Positions 51,150-60,310 of a stretch of 64,000 nt of DNA are shown one piece after another. The DNA comes from an uncultured Spirochaetota bacterium. Lineage in GTDB: Bacteria > Spirochaetota > Spirochaetia > SZUA-6 > Fen-1364. The position numbers were made by a program, and so were the translations under genes. The notes under the pieces were generated by a model. That model worked only from the letters and a program-made list of their open reading frames with translations. It did not search any database and was not told where the DNA came from. Position 1 is the stretch's first letter. Each line of letters begins with the position of its first letter. The DNA lies in contig CAWAHW010000002.1 of NCBI GenBank assembly GCA_963781885.1, positions 1,120,001 to 1,184,000 on the forward strand, read 5' to 3'.

Positions 51150-51917
51150 ATGAAAACGATGCGTGTCTTTTGGTTGTGTGTTGCCGTGGCCTTGCTCGGC
51201 GCCGTGGCGGGGCTGTATGCCGAGTCCCCCGAGGAGCTGCTCGCAAGGGTCGACGCGCGAAGGTATGTTCCCGATTTGAGCTTTGTCATGCAGATGACCT
51301 CTTTCGACGGGGACGCGCAGGTGGACGCGAACACCCTGTGGGGTTTCATCAAGGGAGCAGGCGCGCAGAACAGGAGCCTGCTTGCATTCGCGGCTCCCGC
51401 CTCCGTGAAGGGCCGCAAGGCGCTCATGGACGGAAATATCGTCTATCTCTTGTTCCCCAAGACGACGAATCCCATCCGGCTGTCCCCGCTGCAGGTCCTC
51501 ATGGGGCAGGCATCCAATGGCGACGTCGTGCGCACGGGCTTTTCCCAGGACTATGACGTGTCCTCCCTGACGGAGACGGACCGCGACGGCGTGCCCTGCT
51601 ACCTGTTCACCCTGGTGGTCAAGCAGAGTCGCAAGGACGCCTCCTACAACAAGGTCACCCTCTGGGTCCAGAAGGAGAGCCTGCGGCCCATCTACGCGGA
51701 GTTCTACGCGGGCGACAAGCCATTCAAGCAGGCGATGTACGGAGACTACCGGTCCGCGCTGGGCAAGGATATTCCCTTTTCAATCGACGTCCGCGACGCG
51801 GAGAACCCCCGCAAGCACACGGTCATGGCATACGTCAAGGTCGGGCAGAAATCGGTTCCCGATACCGTCTTCCGCCGGGACTACCTTCCGCTGTGGACGC
51901 CGGAGGAGCCTCGATGA
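51150..51917 (+). CDS. LolA-like outer membrane lipoprotein-sorting protein
   Basis: Signal peptide; F..PASVKGRKALM, PIRLSP.Q.LMGQASNGD and SYNKVTLWV motifs. Confidence 0.8.
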   Translation: MKTMRVFWLCVAVALLGAVAGLYAESPEELLARVDARRYVPDLSFVMQMTSFDGDAQVDANTLWGFIKGAGAQNRSLLAFAAPASVKGRKALMDGNIVYLLFPKTTNPIRLSPLQVLMGQASNGDVVRTGFSQDYDVSSLTETDRDGVPCYLFTLVVKQSRKDASYNKVTLWVQKESLRPIYAEFYAGDKPFKQAMYGDYRSALGKDIPFSIDVRDAENPRKHTVMAYVKVGQKSVPDTVFRRDYLPLWTPEEPR

Positions 51918-53212
51918 AAGCAGCCTGGCTTCCCGCGGTCCTCTGGGGAATCCTGGCGCCCGCCTGTGCCCTCTCCGCGTGGGACGCCCAGGTCGTGCTT
52001 GACGCCCTTCCCGCGGCAGCGCTCGTCCAGACTTCAGCAGCCCCGGGCGCGCGATGGGTCCAATCGGAGACAACCGAAATGACGGGGCAGGTCGCGTTGT
52101 CGCACACCCAGCCGATCGTCGAAGGGTTGTCACTTGCGGGCACGGCATGGGGCATGGCCGATACCCTGCCTTCGCAATCACCGTTCTCCACGCCGCCGGC
52201 GAAGATCGATCTTCAGAGCAGGCTTCTCGAGCTCAAGTGCGTGTGGGAAATCATTCCGGGAACCCTTATCTGGGACCTGGGCAAAGAGGTGATCCATCCG
52301 TCATCGGGATTCTTCCGTACGCCGCTGAATGTGATCTCCCACGGGGCCCCTGGGGGCGCCGCCAGCCTGACGGGGTCGGCAGTTGGCGCATGGGAGGAAG
52401 GATGGGTCGGCACCGATCTGACGCTGCTCATCGGGAGCTTCACGATCTCCAACTTCTTCTCGCCGCGCATGCAGTGGTCTGACGACGTCGACGCGGTGCT
52501 CCACGACGTGAGCGCGCAGCAGGACGACTACCAGGACCTGACCCGGCTCGATGTGCGACTTGGCGACGCAGACGTGAGACTCCTGGGGCTTTTTTCAACC
52601 GGCGGTCCCGGAAGCGCCGATCCCGCGCTGCATTTCACGGCGGGAGCAGGGATCGACACCAACATCGGAGATGCGGTCACGGTGCGCGCGGAAATTTCTG
52701 CGGTCGACTCCCAGAACCGCACCGTTGTAACGGGCGGCCCGGGGTCATACGCCACGGCGGCGCAGGCGATCGCCTGGGCGCCGCGTGCACTGGCGGGCTT
52801 CACCTGGACGAACAAGGATGAGCTCTCCGTAATGGCGGAGTACTACTACAACGGCCCCGGTTTCATCGGCAGCGACTATGCGCAGCTTATCGGCTATACG
52901 CAGAGTCTCAGGACCAGTCCGGACCCTGCCGCACCCGACGTGCTCGGTCAATTTGGAAGCTTCTCCGCGGCCCAGCACTATGGGTTCGTCCGGGTCTCGG
53001 GGAAAATCGACGACGTGCTGAGCGCAGCCGCATGGGCGGCAGTGAATCTGCAGGACCTCTCAGGGCTGGGCGCCGTCGTCCTGACCTTGACGCACGACAA
53101 GTGGACGGTAAACGCGTCGATCGTGAATGCCTGGGGCGCGACGGATACGGAAGCGGGCCTTTCGCCGCTCCTTTGGAAAGTGGACCTCCAGGCAAGCCTG
53201 TTCCTGTCATGA
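51914..53212 (+). CDS. putative outer-membrane beta-barrel protein
   Basis: Signal peptide, amphipathic strands, LGKEVI and EYYYNG motifs, C-terminal strand LQASLFLS. Confidence 0.65.
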   Translation: MKAAWLPAVLWGILAPACALSAWDAQVVLDALPAAALVQTSAAPGARWVQSETTEMTGQVALSHTQPIVEGLSLAGTAWGMADTLPSQSPFSTPPAKIDLQSRLLELKCVWEIIPGTLIWDLGKEVIHPSSGFFRTPLNVISHGAPGGAASLTGSAVGAWEEGWVGTDLTLLIGSFTISNFFSPRMQWSDDVDAVLHDVSAQQDDYQDLTRLDVRLGDADVRLLGLFSTGGPGSADPALHFTAGAGIDTNIGDAVTVRAEISAVDSQNRTVVTGGPGSYATAAQAIAWAPRALAGFTWTNKDELSVMAEYYYNGPGFIGSDYAQLIGYTQSLRTSPDPAAPDVLGQFGSFSAAQHYGFVRVSGKIDDVLSAAAWAAVNLQDLSGLGAVVLTLTHDKWTVNASIVNAWGATDTEAGLSPLLWKVDLQASLFLS

Positions 53213-53322
53213 GACAATCCGGATATGGCGCCTCCCACTCCCGCTCTCCCGCTTGCCCGTCAACGCCGAACGCCGTATAGTTGTTCCGACAAGGGGTGAG
53301 ATTGCTCCAAGGAGGTGAAGGA

Positions 53323-53508
53323 ATGGGCAAGGCAGCAGGGGTCATTTCGATCATCCTGGCCGCAGGGTGCGCCGTGGCGGGCATCCTTTCCTACGTCAAC
53401 CATCATACGCGCCGCGGGCCGGCTTTTCTCATCGCCTGCGGCGTTCTGCTCATTCTCGGCGTCATCCTGATCATCGTCGGCAGCAGGAAGCCCAAGACCG
53501 CTGCCTGA
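53323..53508 (+). CDS. small two-TM membrane protein
   Basis: AGGAGGTG RBS; two hydrophobic helices and a basic tail. Confidence 0.75.
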   Translation: MGKAAGVISIILAAGCAVAGILSYVNHHTRRGPAFLIACGVLLILGVILIIVGSRKPKTAA

Positions 53509-53648
53509 AGAGCGCACACGTCGGCGCCTGGCGACGGAAACACAGGGACTCCTGAAAACCGCATCGCTTGACACCTGCCCGGCTGCTGTGTTAAGAATCC
53601 GCCGTCACGGTGGCGGCCATTCGGCACGCCGACGCGCAGGGGTAACAC

Positions 53649-54627
53649 ATGACAATCGGCCTCACCTATGATTTGCGCACGGAGTGGCTCGCCCAGGGCT
53701 ACTCGGAGCTGGAGACGGCCGAGTTCGACCGTGAAGAGACCGTGGCGGCGGTGGAGGCCACGATACGCGCAGAAGGTTTCGCCACCGAGCGTATCGGCAA
53801 CTACCGCAGCCTTATGGCCGCCCTGGCCGGTGGCAGGAGATCGGGACCTCGTCTTCAATTTCTCCGAGGGGATGTACGGCCTGGCCCGGGAGGCGCTCGT
53901 GCCGGCCCTCCTCGATGCCTACCGCATACCCTACACGTTCTCCGATCCCGTCGTCCTTGCCGTCGCGCTCCACAAGGGCCTCACGAAGCGCATCGTGCGC
54001 GATGCGGGCGTGCCCACCCCTGACTTCGCCGTCGTCGAATGCGCCGCGGACATCGCGGGCGTCAACCTGCGCTATCCGCTCTTCGCGAAGCCGCTGGCGG
54101 AGGGGACGGGAAAGGGCGTGACCCCCCAGTCGAAGATTGAAGACGCGCGGCAGCTTGAAAGCGTCTGCTCCTCCCTGCTGCATGACTACGCGCAGCCGGT
54201 CATCGTGGAGGAGTACCTGCCGGGCCGCGAGTTCACGACGGGAATCGTGGGCACGGGGGCCGGTGCCGAAGTGATTGGAACCATGGAGGTCATTCTCCTT
54301 GCGACGGCGGAGGCCCACGCCTACACCTACACAAACAAGGAATACTGCGACGACCGGGTGCGCTACGTCCTTGCCCGGGGCGATGCCGGCAGGGCATGCG
54401 CGGAGCTTGCGCTGAAGGCCTGGCGTGCGCTCGGAGGTCGGGACGCCGGGAGGATCGACATCCGCATGGACGGAAACGGTCGGCCCAGTTTCATGGAAGT
54501 GAACCCGCTCGCGGGTCTGCACCCCAAGCATTCCGACCTGCCCATCATCTGCACGATGGTGGGCGTGAGCTTCCAGGAGTTGATCGGCAGGATCATCCGC
54601 TCAGCGAGGCTGCGCGCCGGCCTCTGA
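53649..54627 (+). CDS. D-Ala-D-Ala ligase-like ATP-grasp protein; apparent +1 frameshift at ~53842
   Basis: IGLTYDLR..ETAEFD; DLVFN, KP..EGTGKG, EEYLPGREF and EVNPLAGL motifs; removing one C gives RRWDLVFN. Confidence 0.85.
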
Positions 54628-55531
54628 GGCCGGACCGAAGCGCGGCAGCGCCGCATTGCGCTCGTCTGAGGCGAGCTTTTCCCGCACACACGCGCAGAAT
54701 CGGTCGACGACCCAGCCGTAGCAGTCCGGCGGCAGCTTCTCACGCCGCACGTCCGGCACGTCGTTGTATGAATCGATGACCTGCGGATCGCCCTCCGGCG
54801 TCACACACCATTCTATCGCGTTAAAATCGAGCCCGAGGCCGGCATTGAGCGCGGCGCTCTTTTCGCAGATGAAATGCGCGAGCTCCGGGTCCAGCTCGCC
54901 AGGCGCCGGCACCGCATAAACGCCGCGGTCGAAGGGAAGGGGATCCCACCGGCAGAGAAAGACGTCCTGCCTTCCGACGCAGAAGGCGCGATAGTATGCC
55001 TTGTAGGAAACAAGCTGCTGGACGATCAGGGTGTGCCGGCTCTTCAGGCTCTCATAGAGGCCGCGCAGCGACAGGGCATCCTCCGCGCGAAAGACGTCCT
55101 GCCAGGCATAGCCGTCAACCGGCTTGATGATGCAGGGAAAGCCCACCCGCGCACCGACCGCCTCCCAGTCCGGGCCCTCCGCAAGCTCGGCCGTCTCTTC
55201 GCTCACCTTTCCGCTGGGGATGAGCATCGTGCGGGGGTGATGGATGCCCAGAGCGTCGTAGAGGTAAAGCTCGGAAAGCTTGTCGAGGACCAGCGTGAAA
55301 AAAGGATTGTTCAGGACGTATGTCCCGCCGATTGACCAGTACCGCATGAGCCTGCCGCAGGTAGTGGTCGCAGAAGCTCACACGGTCGACGACGACGCGG
55401 AATGGCGACGGGGAGGGATGTTCGAGCTGGCCCGCCTTGATGAACTGCACGGGCAGGTCGGCGAGTCCGGCGGCCACGCTCCGGATGAAATCGTTGTCGC
55501 GAAACTCGAGGATGCCTACTGCGCGCGCCAT
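54601..55531 (-). CDS. RimK/glutathione-synthetase-like ATP-grasp protein; apparent frameshift at ~55351
   Basis: VVVDRVS, GTYVLNNPF, GFPCIIKPVDGYAWQDVF and LGLDFNAIE motifs across two frames. Confidence 0.75.
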
Positions 55532-55572
55532 GTCACGTCAAGGGAGAGCGGGAATGGGACCGGCCCTTTCAC

Positions 55573-56043
55573 TCAGAGCCAGAAGCGGAGCCCCAGGGCG
55601 CCCTGGACGTGCCAGCTGAACGCCGTGGGAATGAAAGAGACGCCCACCGCGGGGGCAGCTTCAACGAATATCTCCAGAGTCTTTCCAAAGGGCCAGATCT
55701 GGAGGCCGATCGGAACTCTGCCGCCAACGCTGACGTCGACTGGCGAAACGTCGACGGATGCATAGCCGCCGACCCCGACGTACCAGTCGAAAATGCTCAC
55801 GATATTGCCATGGGCTATCCAATAGTCTGCCGTGACGCCAATGGAGAGCGGAAAGGTCACCCCGATGCCGAGCATCAAAGGGAATTGCGGCAGCTTCAAG
55901 GTGAGCATCGCGCCGGACGGGAGCCCCCCTGTTCCTGCAAAATATAGCGCGCCTTCGCCGCCGATGGCGAAATTGCCCGCGGCAAAAGCGGCGGTCGATA
56001 CGCCGATGAGAGCAATCAGGACCAGGATCAGAATCTTCTTCAT
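55573..56043 (-). CDS. small spirochaete-type outer-membrane beta-barrel (DUF3996-like)
   Basis: Signal peptide, DYW, WYVGVG, RVPIGL, EIFVE and C-terminal GLRFWL. Confidence 0.75.
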   Translation of the reverse strand: MKKILILVLIALIGVSTAAFAAGNFAIGGEGALYFAGTGGLPSGAMLTLKLPQFPLMLGIGVTFPLSIGVTADYWIAHGNIVSIFDWYVGVGGYASVDVSPVDVSVGGRVPIGLQIWPFGKTLEIFVEAAPAVGVSFIPTAFSWHVQGALGLRFWL

Positions 56044-56180
56044 TCTCCCCCCTTGGTTGAAAGTTATCCCGTCTCCGAACTATGCACAACGGCCCGGTGC
56101 GGGCATCCATTGCTGCTCAATCGCGGCGTCATTTTCTCCGATACTCTCATGAGGGGAGATATGCTCTCCGCGAGGAACCC

Positions 56181-56477
56181 ATGGATTGGAAAGAGCAGCT
56201 GACGACGGATGAGGGGGAGCTTCGGGCACTCGTGGAAAGGCTGGGCGCCGCCCGCAGCGGAGGACTGCACGGCCGCGCGGAACGTCAGTGTGCCTCGCGC
56301 TCGCTGAATGCAAAGCTTTCATCCATGCACGCGTATGTCCAGGATTTCCTGAGCGGACGCAACGAGCAGGAGCGCGCGACGCTTGAATACCGTCTGCGCG
56401 TGGAGTACCCGCTTTACTCCCATCTCACCTCGCTCTCCCATTTGCCGCGTGAATACGTGGAATGGGCCTGCACGTGA
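56181..56477 (+). CDS. hypothetical helical protein
   Basis: GAGG RBS; 98-aa open frame. Confidence 0.6.
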   Translation: MDWKEQLTTDEGELRALVERLGAARSGGLHGRAERQCASRSLNAKLSSMHAYVQDFLSGRNEQERATLEYRLRVEYPLYSHLTSLSHLPREYVEWACT

Positions 56478-56575
56478 GGCAAGGCACAATACCCGCGCAA
56501 GTGCTGTGAAACCTTCTGATTGATGCGTCAGGGTGCGTGGAAGCACCCTGACCGTCAGGTCGCTCCGTCCGACCC

Positions 56576-56767
56576 TTATGCGAAAAGATCTACTTTTGTG
56601 GCCACGCCCTGCGGGTTGATTTGCTGCGCCGAAACAGGCTTCGCCGCAAGCTTCACGGCGTCATCGGAGTCACCGTCCGACTCCCGCTCTCCCGCGACCT
56701 CTTTCGAGGGCTGGGAGGCGATCGCTGTAGACCACTGGTTCTGGGTCATTGATGCATCAATGCGCAT
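56576..56767 (-). CDS. small acidic protein with a C-terminal G..xKVDLFA motif
   Basis: AAGGA RBS, AT-rich upstream region, ERESDGDSDD motif. Confidence 0.65.
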   Translation of the reverse strand: MRIDASMTQNQWSTAIASQPSKEVAGERESDGDSDDAVKLAAKPVSAQQINPQGVATKVDLFA

Positions 56768-56920
56768 AGTATTCCTTTCTCTATATATAGCATAACGAAT
56801 ATCTATTCGATTGCAAGGGCAAAATGACGGCCATTTGACCGACCGGCTTTCGCGGCATTATTTTCCGCGCAGGATGCAGAGCGCAGCCCGAAGCACGCCG
56901 CGGGAAGCGTCCTGACGGCG

Positions 56921-56964
56921 GTCGCCGATCTTTCGACGTGGGCGCCGTCGCCGATCTTTCGACG
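56921..56964. repeat. 18-bp direct repeat x2 (26-bp period)
   Basis: GTCGCCGATCTTTCGACG at 56921 and 56947. Confidence 0.85.
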
Positions 56965-57074
56965 CCGGGTCGACGCCGTCAAAGCGACGGCAAGGACCCG
57001 TCCTTGCGAAATCAATCGACGCACAGGGATTCGGGGGATTATCTTTTTCGGCGCGGGGAAAGGAGGGCGATTCG

Positions 57075-57723
57075 GTGAGGTCTTTCTTGAAGGCCAGACC
57101 TGTCGTGACCGCCGCGTTTCTTACCATTCTCCTGGGAGGGTGCGCTACCATGTCTGAAGGCAAGGATAACATATCATTCGTCGTTTCCACGACAGCGGTG
57201 CAGGGGGCGCCTGAAACCGGCTTTGACAGCGGCCTTGTGTCCGTGGGTCGGCTGAATGCCATCTTCGGTGCAAAAGCGCGCGGGCCAGCCAATCCGCGCT
57301 CGTTTCCGTTCACCTGGAAGGGGCTTCCCAGGGGGACAAAGGCCATCGCGGTCGTCCTTGACGACCCCGACGCGCGGCTGGTCCTTGCCGCGAACGGAAT
57401 GACCGGTGATGCGTTCCTGCACTGGATCGCGGCTGACATCGATCCTGCCGCGGGCGGTCTGCCGGACAACGCCGCCGCGACGATGCCCATCACGCAGGGA
57501 AAGAATGGCACGGGACAGGCCCGTCTACACGGCGCCGCAGCCGCCGGCCGACGTCCCCAAGGACACCGACAAGGTGCGCATCCATGTCTATCGGCTGAAG
57601 GTGTACGCGCTTTCGGCGCCGACGGGTCTCAAGACCGGGTTCAGCCTTGATGACCTGATGTCCGCAATCAAGGGCACGACACTCGGGATGGCGCAGCTCA
57701 ACGTGAGCTACAGCAACCAGTAG
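57075..57723 (+). CDS. YbhB/YbcL (PEBP/RKIP-like) lipoprotein; apparent frameshift at ~57520
   Basis: Lipobox LLGGC, LDDPDA, FLHWI, Y.APQPP and HVYRLKVYAL motifs. Confidence 0.85.
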
Positions 57724-57726
57724 GCC

Positions 57727-58146
57727 GTGGAAAAGGATCCATCGCTCCTTCCGGGAATGCCCGGAAACCCGTGGCGATTGCGGACATCCGACGGGAGCGT
57801 CGAATATGCGGCATTCAGGGACACCAGGATAGCGCCTGCCGCGCTGGTGGTGAAGGTGGGCGCCCGGGAGAGACGCTACAACCTGCGCTGCCTGGAGGAT
57901 CTGCACGAGATGCTGAAGGCGCATGGCGACTGGGTTCCTCTGGGCCGCGCCGGTGAGCACGAGCAGCCGCCCGCGGGCAGCGTCGAGGCATGGGCTCGCT
58001 CCCGACAGAACCCCGTGGGCGGCTGGTATGGGTTATCGAAGGGCCAGCGGGGGGATTTTGCCGCCTTCATTCCCCCCATCCTGCAGGAGCTGAATCTCGC
58101 GGAGCTGGAAGGAAAAGCCCCCGACCTGCTCATGCGCGCGGTCTAG
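57727..58146 (+). CDS. conserved hypothetical protein
   Basis: 139-aa ORF with SVEAWARS..NPVGGWYGL.KG.RG.FA, 3 nt after ybhB. Confidence 0.75.
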   Translation: MEKDPSLLPGMPGNPWRLRTSDGSVEYAAFRDTRIAPAALVVKVGARERRYNLRCLEDLHEMLKAHGDWVPLGRAGEHEQPPAGSVEAWARSRQNPVGGWYGLSKGQRGDFAAFIPPILQELNLAELEGKAPDLLMRAV

Positions 58147-58199
58147 AAGGTTTTCAAGCTCGCAGATGCCGAGAGCCGTGGCCGCCTCCGGATCGGGCG

Positions 58200-58388
58200 C
58201 TACCGCGTCCTCAGGTAGTTCTCCACGGACCGGTCATAGCCGCGTTCCGCGGCCTTGGAGAAGTAGCAGGCCGGCAATTCCCCTGCGCCCCGATGATAGG
58301 CGACACACTCGCAACACACCCCTTTCCTGCTGCACGTGTACGTGCAGTTGCAGGAAGCCTTGTTCGATTCGATTTTGCAGGCTTGCAT
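58200..58388 (-). CDS. small Cys-rich protein (DUF6485-like)
   Basis: [17 protein letters not shown]....LPACYF....RGYDRS. Confidence 0.8.
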   Translation of the reverse strand: MQACKIESNKASCNCTYTCSRKGVCCECVAYHRGAGELPACYFSKAAERGYDRSVENYLRTR

Positions 58389-58547
58389 GCTCAACTCCAT
58401 GATACATCTGCGTCGTTGCCGGAGCCGGGATGATAGCATGGGTGAAGGAGCGCCGCCACAGGACGGCGACGATGCGTCTCCGCTCCTCATGACGATCCAC
58501 AAAAAATGTGCTACCATGGGCCCATACCAGCGTTCAGGAGGCGACGA

Positions 58548-60290
58548 TTGTCAAAGAGGGTATTCGCACTCTTTTTTTCTCTCGTGACGGTTGCCGTCGT
58601 GTACGCCGTCCCGCCGACGTACCTGCTCACCACGGGCTCGCTCCTGTCGCAGACGAGCTTCGGCCTCTTCACGAATTCCTTTGACGCTGCATTCAATGAA
58701 AGCGACGCCGGCACGCTCCCCACCTTCTCAACGCTGACGCAGTCGTACCTCTTCACCGGCCTGGCGAACGATTTCTCCGGGAATGTCGGCACGGTGCCGC
58801 TCACCCCTTTCACATTCGGGTATTACGGACCCGGCCCGAAGGCCTGGTCTTTGCTGGGGGACGTCGTCCTGCAAACGGCCAACTCCACGCTGAGCGACGG
58901 CACCGTCGTCACATCTGCCGCGAAGACGGTGGGCGCTTCGAGCATGAGCTGGGCCACACAGAGCGCGCAGTCCACCTACCAGTTCCTCGATGCATGGAAT
59001 GCGGCGGGAAACGAGCAATTCCTGATGAAACTTGGCAGCCTCAATCTCGGGGCGCTTCTCAACTGGTACTACACGCAGAATACCTCAGGAGCCGGTGCGA
59101 ACGCTTTCGCCGCCGCGAATGTGAATCAAACGACCACGTTCAATTATGACACCTCGGGGCTCGGTGTCGCCCCTGCGCCGGCGCTGAACTACACCGAAAG
59201 CGTCTCTCTGTCGAAGCCCGATGGGACTCTGGACATCGGGCTCACCGTGCCGCTGTACTTCAAGGTCGGGTCCATCGGTTTCGACGTTGCGCCGAAGGTG
59301 GAATACAACCGCTACGATGCTTCGATCACGGACACCATCAGCTACACTCCACCGCAGCGGGCGCTGGCCGGCAACTTCCCGATCGCGACAGGAGCACTGA
59401 ACACGACGACGGACGTCACCGGTTTTGTGACCACGGCCTTGTCGTCAACGGCGAGCCTGCCTTCACTGGCGGCGGGAAACGCAAACAATCTTTTCGAGGT
59501 GAACCTCGACGGGTACCTCACCTTCTACACGGCCGATCCGCTGCATGTCGTGAAAAATGGCGCGGAGCAGTGGAACTACGCCGGCGGCGGGGCGGGATTC
59601 ACCTACCCGGTTGGCCTCGTCGCGCCGGGCGCCGTAAACCAAACCGACACGACAACGACGCGTGGCGCGGGGATCGCTTATCGCGTCGCCCCGTCCGCAC
59701 AGCAGAAGATGTACTTCGACCTGGGTGAAGGGTCGTCATGGGCTATCGGGCCGAAGGTCGACCTCGAGCTGAACTATGCGCCAATTTCGGATGTCTACAG
59801 AACGCAGATCACGCAAATAGCCAGCACCGACGGCGACGGCAATGGAAAATTCACGGATGCGGCGGACCAGATCGTGACCACCGTCACCACGTACAATCAC
59901 AACAACGAAGGCGGAACCTGGAACGTGATCGGCGGCATCGAGCTTCCTGTTGCCCTGACATTCCGTCCTTCGGCAGGCTTCTTCGGTGTCACGGTCGGTG
60001 CGAATCCGCGTCTCCTGTACACGCTCACCGTTGTCAGCAGCACGCCGGAAACGTTCAGCCAGACAATCAGCGCAACGGATGGAACGGGCGCCGCGATTGC
60101 GGCGCCGGGAGGCATCACCTCCGTCACCGCGGGAACGGCGGACCCGGTCACAAGGACGAACTCTGCGTGGACATTCGATTCCGGATTCGAGCTTTCTTTC
60201 GATTTCTATCTCCCCGCGGATACCACGCTCCACATCATGTGGTCGGGCGCGGGCAACCTCTCCTTCCAGGGGACTCTGTCGCTGAAATAG
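58548..60290 (+). CDS. large secreted / outer-membrane beta-barrel protein (treponemal TDE2508-like)
   Basis: TTG start with GGAGG, signal peptide, N-terminal [13 protein letters not shown], Thr/Gly-rich amphipathic strands. Confidence 0.6.
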   Translation: MSKRVFALFFSLVTVAVVYAVPPTYLLTTGSLLSQTSFGLFTNSFDAAFNESDAGTLPTFSTLTQSYLFTGLANDFSGNVGTVPLTPFTFGYYGPGPKAWSLLGDVVLQTANSTLSDGTVVTSAAKTVGASSMSWATQSAQSTYQFLDAWNAAGNEQFLMKLGSLNLGALLNWYYTQNTSGAGANAFAAANVNQTTTFNYDTSGLGVAPAPALNYTESVSLSKPDGTLDIGLTVPLYFKVGSIGFDVAPKVEYNRYDASITDTISYTPPQRALAGNFPIATGALNTTTDVTGFVTTALSSTASLPSLAAGNANNLFEVNLDGYLTFYTADPLHVVKNGAEQWNYAGGGAGFTYPVGLVAPGAVNQTDTTTTRGAGIAYRVAPSAQQKMYFDLGEGSSWAIGPKVDLELNYAPISDVYRTQITQIASTDGDGNGKFTDAADQIVTTVTTYNHNNEGGTWNVIGGIELPVALTFRPSAGFFGVTVGANPRLLYTLTVVSSTPETFSQTISATDGTGAAIAAPGGITSVTAGTADPVTRTNSAWTFDSGFELSFDFYLPADTTLHIMWSGAGNLSFQGTLSLK

Positions 60291-60310
60291 CTGAAGAAGG
60301 GTCGGTCATC

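Noticed and set aside
59738-60310. 191-aa N-terminal extension of IorA
   Set aside because: Off-frame overlap with the OMP gene; IorA homology starts at ATG 60311
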